Assembly: GCA_051892935.1 (NCBI GenBank)
Contig: JBJFGS010000020.1
Span: 1 to 64,000, forward strand
Reading direction: 5' to 3'
Source: Candidatus Coprovivens sp.
GTDB lineage: Bacteria; Bacillota_I; Bacilli_A; RF39; UBA660
DNA: 64,000 nt
A program made the position numbers and the translations under genes. Below the pieces are notes generated by a model. It saw only the letters and a program-made list of their open reading frames with translations, was not told the DNA's origin and did not search any database. The stretch's first letter is position 1, and every line of letters begins with the position of its first letter. This document shows positions 1 to 9,285 of this stretch, one piece after another.

Positions 1-50
1 TATTCATAAGAAAACCTCTAGAAAAATCTAGGGGTTTGTCTACACTCTGA
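1..50. mobile_element. Possible terminal remnant of an IS1182-family insertion sequence (subterminal hairpin plus ...GGGGTTTGTCTACACTCTGA end)
   Basis: Hairpin AAACCTCTAGA-aaaa-TCTAGGGGTTT (12-37) followed by TTTGTCTACACTCTGA, which from memory resembles IS1182-type ends. It abuts a terminator hairpin. No transposase lies inside the window. Confidence 0.3.
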
Positions 51-79
51 AAAAGTACTATTTATATTATAGTACTTTT
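51..79 (-). terminator. Intrinsic terminator after the metallophosphoesterase gene
   Basis: AAAAGTACTA...TAGTACTTTT inverted repeat overlapping the stop of 78..1019(-). Confidence 0.6.
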
Positions 80-1019
80 ATTTTGCTTTATAAATTCGAT
101 AAAGATTAATAGAAGGGTGATTATTTAAACGACTATTAATACCTGAAGTCCCCAAACCATTTGATATAAAAATATCTGTTTCTTTTACTTTATAGTATTC
201 TTCATAGTAGTTATTTGTATTATTTGGTAGTAATAATGGTTTTATAAAAGGAATTTTTATTAAACCTCCTAGTGTATGACCACTTAGGACTAAATTTGGA
301 TTGTAATTTATGAATTTATCTATTGAATCTGGTTCATGTGTTAGGACTATTTTAAAGTAATTTGTCGTATCTTGTTCTTCAACGTAATTTGTTAGTATAG
401 TATAATTTGGTGATGTTTCAATAGGATTATATCCAGTAATTTCAATAGGTGTATTTTCTTTATAATATAGTAGAGTTGAAGAATCTTCTAAAAGAGTAAA
501 ATTACTTTTATTTATTATTTCATTATAATAGTCATTTTGTAAATCTTCATCACCATATATTGCGTACTTATATAATGAACATTCTAGGTTATTTAATGAT
601 TCGATTATTTCTTCTTTAATTTCTTTGTTTGGTATTATATTTTTGTCTATTAAATCACCTGTGAAGACTATTATATCTGGATTAAGTTCATTAATTTTTT
701 TAACTATTTTATCAAGTTGTTTTTTGTTAATTGTAGTACCATAGTGTATATCAGAAAAATGAACTATTTTTATTCCATGAAACGAATCAGGAATTATTGA
801 TGATTCAATTTTGTACTCGTTAATATCTATTATTTTATTTCCTATTAGCATTGAATATAGTGTTATTAATAAAAATATAAAAAATATTGTAATAAGTATT
901 TTCTTTAGTATTGGATGATCTTTTTTAATTTTAGTTGTTTCTTTTTTAGAATATGATACTTGTTTACTCGTTTCTTCTTCATATCTTTTAGATCTTGTTT
1001 TTTTCTTTTCTTCTATCAT
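78..1019 (-). CDS. Membrane-anchored calcineurin-like metallophosphoesterase (YkuE-like) with degenerate motifs
   Basis: N-terminal TM helix. Motifs SDIH, GDLID, YGDED (for GNH[D/E]), THEPD and SGHTLGG (for GHTHGG). Confidence 0.85.
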   Translation of the reverse strand: MIEEKKKTRSKRYEEETSKQVSYSKKETTKIKKDHPILKKILITIFFIFLLITLYSMLIGNKIIDINEYKIESSIIPDSFHGIKIVHFSDIHYGTTINKKQLDKIVKKINELNPDIIVFTGDLIDKNIIPNKEIKEEIIESLNNLECSLYKYAIYGDEDLQNDYYNEIINKSNFTLLEDSSTLLYYKENTPIEITGYNPIETSPNYTILTNYVEEQDTTNYFKIVLTHEPDSIDKFINYNPNLVLSGHTLGGLIKIPFIKPLLLPNNTNNYYEEYYKVKETDIFISNGLGTSGINSRLNNHPSINLYRIYKAK

Positions 1020-1711
1020 ATGATTCCTCCAATTATGATTAATTCTATTAATGAAATGGCATTATGAATACTGTGTAATATTATTGTTCCATATATATTA
1101 TCTGTTTTTTCATATGCATAGCCGAATGCTATACCAACAGCACTGTAAGGAACTATGTGAATTAACATTGTTAAGTCTGTTAAACTTTTTATAGATGATA
1201 TTATGTGGATTAAAGCAAATATTAAACCAGATGTATAAGCATATAGGTGTTTATTGTTGGTAAAATTTTTTAGACTTTTACGAAATACTAATTCTTCTAT
1301 TATAGGAGCAAATATTACTGCTATTAGTGTTTCTACGATAGGCATTGTTTTTAGCATTGTAATATTACTTTCTTGATTTGTAGTACTTGTAGGAATAGGA
1401 AGGAAACTTATAATAAATGAAGACAATAACATTATAAACAATCCTTTTATCCAATAATTAAATGTTATTTTAAGTATTTCTTTATAATTCTTTTTGAAGT
1501 CATTGTAATTATTTATTATGTCTTTTTTATAATATAGGATAAATACTATACTTAATGAAAGATATAATAATATATATAGTATTTCTTCGTTAATTAGTTT
1601 TAATTGATATAAAAAAATAAAAGGTATTTGTAATATGATAGTTAGTAAGAAATAAGAACATATTACTAATAAACCTTTTATTAATTCTTTTGTATTTATG
1701 TTTATTTTCAT
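1016..1711 (-). CDS. CPBP/Abi (CAAX protease type II) intramembrane metalloprotease
   Basis: Multi-TM; EELVFR, FALIH and HSIHN motifs. Start placed at the ATG after a GGTGA RBS. Confidence 0.9.
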   Translation of the reverse strand: MKININTKELIKGLLVICSYFLLTIILQIPFIFLYQLKLINEEILYILLYLSLSIVFILYYKKDIINNYNDFKKNYKEILKITFNYWIKGLFIMLLSSFIISFLPIPTSTTNQESNITMLKTMPIVETLIAVIFAPIIEELVFRKSLKNFTNNKHLYAYTSGLIFALIHIISSIKSLTDLTMLIHIVPYSAVGIAFGYAYEKTDNIYGTIILHSIHNAISLIELIIIGGII

Positions 1712-1724
1712 AAATATCACCTTT

Positions 1725-2177
1725 TTATTCTATATAACCTAATGCTTTTAATCTACTTTCTATTTCAGAAGATTGTTTTGTTCCTACTAATCTTGTAGAT
1801 GTATTTGTTTCTGTACCATTTTCAATAAATATTGTGGTTGGTGTACCGCTTGTATTTGCTATATCTTTTAATTCTGCTGATTCTTTAGTTGATAATTTGT
1901 TTATTTGTAACTCATATGCATATAAATCGTGTTTTGTAAGTACTTTTTTTAATACCGGTTTATATTCTGCACAATGTGAACATGATTCTTGACTAATTAG
2001 TAAAATAAAAGACTCTTTGTTATTTATTTTTTCTTTAAGTTCACTAAATGTAATTTCTATTAAGTGTTTTTCTTCGTTTTCTTCACTTTTATTTAATGTT
2101 ATACTTGCATATATTAAACCTACTATAGATAGGATAACTATTAAGGCTCCAACTATAAATAATACTTTTTTCTTCAT
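1725..2177 (-). CDS. Membrane-anchored extracytoplasmic thioredoxin-fold thiol-disulfide oxidoreductase
   Basis: N-terminal TM, CSHC (CxxC) motif and cis-Pro loop GTPT. Confidence 0.85.
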   Translation of the reverse strand: MKKKVLFIVGALIVILSIVGLIYASITLNKSEENEEKHLIEITFSELKEKINNKESFILLISQESCSHCAEYKPVLKKVLTKHDLYAYELQINKLSTKESAELKDIANTSGTPTTIFIENGTETNTSTRLVGTKQSSEIESRLKALGYIE

Positions 2178-2193
2178 TTTTATCACCATTCAT

Positions 2194-2258
2194 AATATAC
2201 CACAATAAAAAAATAACTTCAATTTAATATTGTTATTTTGAAATGTTAATGGTAAAAT
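2194..2258. promoter_or_regulatory. Back-to-back divergent sigma-A-type promoters
   Basis: Plus strand: TTGTTA(2230-35)-17 bp-TAAAAT(2253-58) with a TG extension. Minus strand: TTGAAG(2222-17)-17 bp-TATATT(2199-94) with a TG extension. Confidence 0.55.
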
Positions 2259-2286
2259 TATAGTTAGAAAATAAGGTTGGTGTCCT

Positions 2287-3033
2287 ATGAAGAAAGAAAA
2301 GAATTTTTTATTGTTAATTATTATGATTGCTTTTTTCCTATTTATTGGGAATGTTAGAGCTGCAGATGATGAGAATACTTGTAAACCTACAGATTTAAGT
2401 ACTCTTAGATCAATGGCAGCTAATGTAAAAGTTACTTATGTTCCGGTTACTGAAACTGTTAAGTTTGATAAACCGAATTTTGAAAACGAAGCTACTGAGG
2501 GTTATAGAAATTATTTAGATATTAAGATATATAATGTTAATACTAAATTGGAAGTTTCTGTTAAGGCTAGTGGGGTTGATAAAATTGTGACCTCTAAAGA
2601 TACTGGCGGGGATGGGGCTATAACTTTGAGACAGATTCCTCAAAATGAAACGGTTACATATACTTTCGAAATAAGATCGTATGAAAATGGATGTCATACT
2701 AATCTTTTAAGAACTATAAAACTTACGTTGCCTCGTTATAATTTTTATTCACAATTAGGTGCTTGTGCTGATATTCCTGATTATTACTTGTGTCAAGAGT
2801 ATACTACTTATAAAGTTGATGGTGCGACATTCTATGATAAAGTAGATGAATATAAAGCGAAGTTATTATCTTTAGAAGAAAACGCTAATGAAGAAGATGA
2901 TAATACAGGCGTTGTTAGTCAAGCTATTTCAAGTGTTTCTAAATATAAATATGTTATAGTTGGGGTTTTTGTTGCTATTGGTGTGTTACTAACAATATTT
3001 ATATTAAAAAGAAAGAAGAGTGTGTTGAAATGA
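2287..3033 (+). CDS. Surface protein with signal peptide, 4-Cys ectodomain and C-terminal TM anchor; first gene of the Tad/T4SS locus
   Basis: Signal peptide ending VRA|A; C-terminal hydrophobic helix followed by KRKKSVLK. ATGA overlap with the next gene. Confidence 0.75.
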   Translation: MKKEKNFLLLIIMIAFFLFIGNVRAADDENTCKPTDLSTLRSMAANVKVTYVPVTETVKFDKPNFENEATEGYRNYLDIKIYNVNTKLEVSVKASGVDKIVTSKDTGGDGAITLRQIPQNETVTYTFEIRSYENGCHTNLLRTIKLTLPRYNFYSQLGACADIPDYYLCQEYTTYKVDGATFYDKVDEYKAKLLSLEENANEEDDNTGVVSQAISSVSKYKYVIVGVFVAIGVLLTIFILKRKKSVLK

Positions 3034-6000
3034 GAAAAGAGGGTTTATTAAAATATACAGTATTTTTACTTGTATGTTTTTTCTCGTTATTTATTACTTC
3101 TGTTAATGCTAAAGATGTAACTAAAAATGTTACTTTATCTTATGGTAGTACTTATCCAATTAGTTCTAGTGGTTATGAGAATTTTAATTGTGATACAAGT
3201 ACATTATCTGCACTACAAGCTGTTTCAAATTCCACAGGATATACTGTGAGTTTAAAGAATGTTATGAAAGAAAAAGGAACAGAAAGTCTTGTTTGTACTT
3301 ATTCGAAAGAAATTGCTCTTGGTGATGGATCTTCTGGAAAAATTACTTATAATATAACTTATACTGAAGGTAAAGAGGAAACTTTTGAATATTCACTTGG
3401 CTTAGGAAATAATACTATTGATATTTTTTCTACTTTAGGTGCTATTAAAATGCTTGGGCATACTGTTCAATCAAAAAACTCTGAGTATATTGAGGTTTCT
3501 GGATGTAATAATGGTGACTTATCTTGTAAAGTCTCATTATCAAAAATTGCAGAATCAATAGAAGATGATGGCAATAATTATATTTCTATAGTTGTGTTTC
3601 AGTATAATGTAAGTGGTTCTGATGCTGTTTATACTGCTAATGTACATTTTAATATTAATTCAAATGCTGCAGCTTTTATTTGGGATAATTGGACTGATGA
3701 TAGTCCTTTAGGTTTCTGTAGTTATGATAGTGATTGGAAACAAATGTCTAATACTAGAAGTAATGGTCAAACAGTTTATTATTATAAATCTACTGTTTCT
3801 GGTGCAACATTACCAAATTGTACTCCTAATTCATCTTCTGTTGTTCCTGTTACTTTTAAAGGTTGGGTATCTGGTGTTGAAGGAACTACTGGAATATCTT
3901 TTCAAAATGGTAATGGTTCTTATTTATATGCTACTGGTAAATGTCCTACAACTATTTCTCCTGGAACAGTTGCAACTATTGATACAAATTATGCACCATG
4001 TTATGAAACTAGTGGATATTTTGTAAGATTAAGCTTAAGTACTGGTAAAGTAGAAGAATCTGGATGGACAGTTAGTTCATCAAGTAATTATGAATATTAT
4101 CATATGGGAACTAGTGAAAATGATGAAGTAACTTTACCTGATGTTGTATATACTGGTTTTAATTCAACTAAATCTTTACAATGTTGGGAAAATACTACTA
4201 CAGGTGCTTGTGTTCCAGCTGGTACAAAAGTTAAAACTGATGGTACAGTTTATAAGGCTGTTACTGATACTGTTCATGAAGATTATAGTTATTATAAAAC
4301 TGTAAAGGTTAATGATGCTGTTGTTTTTGCTGTAGAAGGCATGAAGAGTTGCCAAATAGGAAGTGGTCAACCATCTGGTTATATTGATGTTTCTTCTATA
4401 AATGGTGATTGTATGGTTCTTGGTTTAAAAGAAACTGAAGATTCTTTATATATTGATGTTGAAATTTCTTTGGAAAGTGGCAATAAGAAAATTTATAAAT
4501 TTAGTGTTGATAGTGATACTGGTTTGAGTGCTGCTGGTAATGGTGAGTTTATTGTTAATCCAATAGTAAATTCTGGTGAAGAAAATGCCTATACCGATTC
4601 GTCTGGTTTTAAATCTTCTGTTTGTGATACTTATTGGATTCAACCAGGTCAATCAAGGATTGTTCCTAACACTGGTAGCGGAACTAGAATGCACAGTAAT
4701 ATTTATAGTGTAACTTCAAATTGTTCTGGTGATTCAAATCATTATGTTGCAGTTTGTTTAGATCCTGGACGTGAAGCTCCTGAAAGTGGTGCAGATTATC
4801 AAAAGGTTAAGGATATAAGTGGTGCTGCTGGTTCTGATTTTAATAAGTTAATTTCTTATTTAGTTGCTAATAATTATGTAAATGAATTTACAAATATTGA
4901 TAGTTATAAGAGAATGGCTGCACATATTGCTATTCGTATTGTTGCATTTCAAAGTGGTATGGGCTCTAGTTCTGGTATTATATATGGTTCTGCCCATGCT
5001 GTTTATCAAAACACTGTAAATGCTATCCAAGCTAAGAAACCAACAACTGTTTCAGCTTATACGGATATTATTAATGAAAATATGCCTGGAATTGATTCAA
5101 CTATTGTTAATTATATTGCGACTATTCTTTCAGAATATCCTAATATTAGCGATGCTGATACTCAAGGATTTGAAAGAACTATTGAATCCGCTGAAACTGT
5201 TGCAAGTGGTAGTGGTTATATAATTACTTATAAGGGAACTATTACTGCTCCATCAACAGCTTCAAATGTTAATTTGGTTGCTCCTAGTAGTGCCAATGGG
5301 GTATCTTTTAAAGTAGTTAACTGGGCTGAATCTGGTACTGATGAAAATGGTAGAACTATTTATAATTATGAAGTTCAAATTAGTGCTAGTAATACTCTTT
5401 CTGTTGTTCCTCCATCTACGGAAGCTGAAAAGATATTAATGTCATTTAAGGTTAAATATGATGGTGGTAAAACTGTTTCAAATGTTTTCTTAGCTCAACC
5501 TATTGGTACTGCTGGTGCTTTACAACGTATGTTAATTTTTAATACCAATAATTCTGACTTATATATTTACTTTAATGTTGCTCCTAATGATTGTGAGCTT
5601 CCTGGCTTAGATTACAAAGATTGTACTTCTGCTGATAGTTGCTCTAATTTTAATGCTGCGTTATTTAAAGCTTCTGGATGCTGTAGATATGTTACAGACG
5701 AAGTAAAATATTCATATGTAGTGAATAATGTTTGTGCTGCTAAATGTACTACTTCTACAATGTCAAATGTTTGTGATTATAGTGTATCTAATAAACTTGC
5801 TGAGTTATATGAGATAAGAGAAGGAACGGAATATAACGGTTCTGCAACTGGATCAGGTTCTGGTTATCAAAATGCTATTGCTACATGTGTAGTTAACGTA
5901 GATAGAGATATTAGGGTTGAAGATGATAAAGAACTTTTCGAAAAAGAAGATGATAATGGAAATTCTATTAGTATTAAATACTATGAGAATAATAAATATT

Positions 6001-8747
6001 GTCGTATTAATTGTAAAGAAGATTGGCAAATATCTATGGATGCATTTGGAAATTATGTTGGAGAAAAAGCTGTTGCGGCTGGTTCTTATTTCCAAATAGA
6101 AAATGATATATTTATAAGTGGTAAACGTACATGTTATACAAATTACATTGATTATAATGCTTATATGAATGACTTGGTTGTAATTTCTCAACAAATTGTT
6201 TCTGGTTATAATGAATATAGTAATTTATCTCATTCTTGGTCTGATATTGATAAGCAAGAAAGTCCTACTTCTGGTGGTTTCTCACATAGTAGTACTGACT
6301 ATACTTATAGAGTATCATATAAAGTTGTTTCTACATGTCCTAAAGATAATCCTAAAACTGAGGATGTAGATGAATCTTTAGGTGAATGTAGTCTATCTGT
6401 TGAAGAAGCTGGACGTGAAGTTATTGAAACTTATTATGGTTATACATTAAAAGTTAATCATGAATTTGAAGGTGCTGGAGATAAAGGACAAGGAAATTAT
6501 CAAAATTTCACTACAAAACCTTTTGATTCACAGGGAACTGTTTCGAGTGGTTCTAAAGATACTCAAACTAAATTAGAGTCAGAAGATGGTTCGACTAAAC
6601 AATATAATGTTCCTGATGATGTAATGAGTATTAATATTGATAGACACGATCCTCCTTCTACTGGTGCTTGTACTCCTCCTAGGGGTGGTAGTTGTGATGC
6701 TGGTACTTATGAAGATGTATATGAAGATACAACAACTTCTTATACTGGTTTAACAGTTGGTCCATATACAGAGGATAATCCTGATGAAGCAGGTGCTTTC
6801 AGTAAGTTGAAAGAGGAAATGCTTAAGAAATTAGAAGCTGATATGGCTGGTCCTCGTGGTGCAGTAGGTGGTGGAGCTGCTCAAATTAGAAGATTAATTG
6901 ACCAAATGTATGAATGTCAACATTTCCAATTAGTTAATAGCACAGATGATAATAATGATTTTGCTAAGACTGATAGATTAAATGGTCAATATTATGATAC
7001 TACTATGCCTTATATAGAAATTACTACTGCATTTGATCCTGATGTTACTTATGAGTATGCTGAAGATGCATTTATGTCGATTCTTTTAAATAATAGAGAA
7101 AATTATTTAGAAATGTATAATAAGAAGAATGATGCTTATTATGGTGGTACAGAAGGTGCATATAAGAATGCAACTAATCAAACAAAATTAGTCGATTTAA
7201 AATTATCTTCTACACAAACTGAGAAAGTTAACTTATCAAGAAATTATCTACAACTTACTTATTATAAATCAGGTAGTTTATGGCAAGCTAATTCTGAAAC
7301 TGGTAGAAATTATGATAATGGTAGTGGTAGTAATACAATCCAAGAAGGTGTTATGGAAGGTACATTAGATGGACAGCCTGGTGCTTATAAAGAAAAGACA
7401 ATTTCATTGTGTGGTATATCTTGTGGTGGTAAGTCTACTTATGTTTCTACTACAAACTCTAAAGGTGTTACTTCTGGTGCTTATGTTTGTAATGACGATC
7501 CTAAATGGGATGGTGGTGCATGTTTCGATACTGTCGCTCCATATCTAGAAGCAAACTATATTAAGTCTTCTATTGAAAATAGTAGTTTCTATAAGAATCA
7601 GGGTTCTTGGTATTCAAATATTCAGGATGTTAAAGCTCATGGTGCTGGATTAGAAGCTGCTTTGAATAATGAAAATGCTAATAATAAATCTGGTTATAAT
7701 GTTTCAAGTGAGTTATCTTCTGGTAGATGGACTCCAATTGGAATAATTAATGTTTTCCCAATTAGTTTAACTACTCCTAGAAATTTATATACATATACTT
7801 ATACATTTAAAGATATAGGAAGTTTGTATGGTGGAGATCTTGGACGTATAATGGGTGCTGAAAATGCTATTATCGCTAATAATAATAGAACTTGTTTCTA
7901 TGAAGTATTTGAAGAATTGTGCTTATGTTGTGGAGATAAGATAAATACATATGTTTATAACGATCCTGATGAGAATGATTTAATTAAACAAGTTATGAGT
8001 CAGTCTGGTTATAGAGAATCTAATACTGATAAGATAGAAGAAAATGAAGGCGGTACTTTATCGTTTGCTACTTCTTCAGTTAATCTTTCTGATATTGCAG
8101 GTAATTCTTCTAGACCTATTGCTACTAACTGGAGTAATAATTCACCATTTACTTATGGTGGGGAATATAACTTATCTACATCTAAGGGTGATCAATTAAA
8201 ATCTGCTATAGAATCTCAAGGTGAAACAATTTATACTTCATCAATTGGTAATGGTGCTGAATATTCTTATTATTTGACTCCATCTACTTTAACTAAGATT
8301 CGTGAATATAATGATGCTCATGGATATGAATTGAATTTTAATAATTTGAAAGTATATGGTAGATATTCAATAGCTGCTTTAAGTAGTTGCTCTGATGTAA
8401 CTAGTGATAGTTGTTGGAAGACTAGTGATGACTTGATGAATGATGAAGTTATTAATTTCCAACATTATGGTAGTGTATTCTTAGAAGAACTTGCAAAAGA
8501 TCCTAATATAGTTAAATCTTCTACATTAGCAAAAGAAGGCAATGATAAAGTTTGCGCTATTGTTGATAATAATGTTTCTGCTGCTGCTATTAATAAATTA
8601 GTTAAAGAAGAACATTGTCGTTGGATAGACTTCGTTGAAGATTTAAGTGATAATAGTGGTCGTGGAGAAACTATTTATACATATCCTTATTCAGAATATA
8701 CATCTAGTCCTGAGACTGTAAGGTACTTTAGGCTAGCGTTTAAATAG
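3030..8747 (+). CDS. Giant (1905 aa) secreted Cys-rich adhesin-like protein with a putative thioester (TED) domain
   Basis: Signal peptide VNA|K; about 45 Cys by manual count. S/T/G/N/Y-rich beta-type repeats, including B-repeat-like TLP...FKGW. TED-like motifs VCLDPG and LQRMLIF. No C-terminal TM or LPxTG. Confidence 0.7.
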   Translation: MRKEGLLKYTVFLLVCFFSLFITSVNAKDVTKNVTLSYGSTYPISSSGYENFNCDTSTLSALQAVSNSTGYTVSLKNVMKEKGTESLVCTYSKEIALGDGSSGKITYNITYTEGKEETFEYSLGLGNNTIDIFSTLGAIKMLGHTVQSKNSEYIEVSGCNNGDLSCKVSLSKIAESIEDDGNNYISIVVFQYNVSGSDAVYTANVHFNINSNAAAFIWDNWTDDSPLGFCSYDSDWKQMSNTRSNGQTVYYYKSTVSGATLPNCTPNSSSVVPVTFKGWVSGVEGTTGISFQNGNGSYLYATGKCPTTISPGTVATIDTNYAPCYETSGYFVRLSLSTGKVEESGWTVSSSSNYEYYHMGTSENDEVTLPDVVYTGFNSTKSLQCWENTTTGACVPAGTKVKTDGTVYKAVTDTVHEDYSYYKTVKVNDAVVFAVEGMKSCQIGSGQPSGYIDVSSINGDCMVLGLKETEDSLYIDVEISLESGNKKIYKFSVDSDTGLSAAGNGEFIVNPIVNSGEENAYTDSSGFKSSVCDTYWIQPGQSRIVPNTGSGTRMHSNIYSVTSNCSGDSNHYVAVCLDPGREAPESGADYQKVKDISGAAGSDFNKLISYLVANNYVNEFTNIDSYKRMAAHIAIRIVAFQSGMGSSSGIIYGSAHAVYQNTVNAIQAKKPTTVSAYTDIINENMPGIDSTIVNYIATILSEYPNISDADTQGFERTIESAETVASGSGYIITYKGTITAPSTASNVNLVAPSSANGVSFKVVNWAESGTDENGRTIYNYEVQISASNTLSVVPPSTEAEKILMSFKVKYDGGKTVSNVFLAQPIGTAGALQRMLIFNTNNSDLYIYFNVAPNDCELPGLDYKDCTSADSCSNFNAALFKASGCCRYVTDEVKYSYVVNNVCAAKCTTSTMSNVCDYSVSNKLAELYEIREGTEYNGSATGSGSGYQNAIATCVVNVDRDIRVEDDKELFEKEDDNGNSISIKYYENNKYCRINCKEDWQISMDAFGNYVGEKAVAAGSYFQIENDIFISGKRTCYTNYIDYNAYMNDLVVISQQIVSGYNEYSNLSHSWSDIDKQESPTSGGFSHSSTDYTYRVSYKVVSTCPKDNPKTEDVDESLGECSLSVEEAGREVIETYYGYTLKVNHEFEGAGDKGQGNYQNFTTKPFDSQGTVSSGSKDTQTKLESEDGSTKQYNVPDDVMSINIDRHDPPSTGACTPPRGGSCDAGTYEDVYEDTTTSYTGLTVGPYTEDNPDEAGAFSKLKEEMLKKLEADMAGPRGAVGGGAAQIRRLIDQMYECQHFQLVNSTDDNNDFAKTDRLNGQYYDTTMPYIEITTAFDPDVTYEYAEDAFMSILLNNRENYLEMYNKKNDAYYGGTEGAYKNATNQTKLVDLKLSSTQTEKVNLSRNYLQLTYYKSGSLWQANSETGRNYDNGSGSNTIQEGVMEGTLDGQPGAYKEKTISLCGISCGGKSTYVSTTNSKGVTSGAYVCNDDPKWDGGACFDTVAPYLEANYIKSSIENSSFYKNQGSWYSNIQDVKAHGAGLEAALNNENANNKSGYNVSSELSSGRWTPIGIINVFPISLTTPRNLYTYTYTFKDIGSLYGGDLGRIMGAENAIIANNNRTCFYEVFEELCLCCGDKINTYVYNDPDENDLIKQVMSQSGYRESNTDKIEENEGGTLSFATSSVNLSDIAGNSSRPIATNWSNNSPFTYGGEYNLSTSKGDQLKSAIESQGETIYTSSIGNGAEYSYYLTPSTLTKIREYNDAHGYELNFNNLKVYGRYSIAALSSCSDVTSDSCWKTSDDLMNDEVINFQHYGSVFLEELAKDPNIVKSSTLAKEGNDKVCAIVDNNVSAAAINKLVKEEHCRWIDFVEDLSDNSGRGETIYTYPYSEYTSSPETVRYFRLAFK

Positions 8748-8763
8748 GAAGGAGTGAAATTAT

Positions 8764-9258
8764 ATGAAAGAGTCTTACTGGGGTTACTGGTTAATCCTTC
8801 TTGGTATATTTATAGTAGTTGTTATGATGCTTGCTAATGATGCTACAACAACTAATACACAAGATTATTATCAATTAAAAGAAGTTGCAAATAGTGCTAT
8901 TTATGATTCTATTGATTATTCATATTATGCACAGACTAGGCAAGTTAGAATCTTAAAGGAAGTTTTCGTTGAAAACTTCCTAAGAAGGTTCGCTGAAACT
9001 GTTAATATAACAGATACATATAATGTTGAATTCTATGATTTGTATGAATCTCCTCCTAAAGTTAGTATAAAAATTTCTACTACTACAGCTGGTTTTGTTG
9101 TTGGTAGAGATACTTCTGCTGATGAAAACGGTGGTGTTACACAATTGGATGTTGTTAATTCTATTGATTTAGTAGTTGAATTTGATAATAATACTCCACT
9201 ATCATGTTCTGGTACAAATTGTGAAAGAACATATAGTGCGTGTGAATATTATGCATAG
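8764..9258 (+). CDS. TadE/TadG-like minor pilin (DUF5411-like)
   Basis: N-terminal hydrophobic helix directly after MKES, then an amphipathic helix (LKEVANSAIYDSID) and C-terminal Cys residues. Lies directly upstream of cpaB. Confidence 0.55.
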   Translation: MKESYWGYWLILLGIFIVVVMMLANDATTTNTQDYYQLKEVANSAIYDSIDYSYYAQTRQVRILKEVFVENFLRRFAETVNITDTYNVEFYDLYESPPKVSIKISTTTAGFVVGRDTSADENGGVTQLDVVNSIDLVVEFDNNTPLSCSGTNCERTYSACEYYA

Positions 9259-9285
9259 CATAGGTGTTTGAAAGGAAGGATAAAT

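Noticed and set aside
1016-2189. Bacteriocin immunity/transport cluster (Abi protease plus thioredoxin-like accessory protein)
   Set aside because: No double-glycine precursor peptide or peptidase-containing ABC transporter is nearby.
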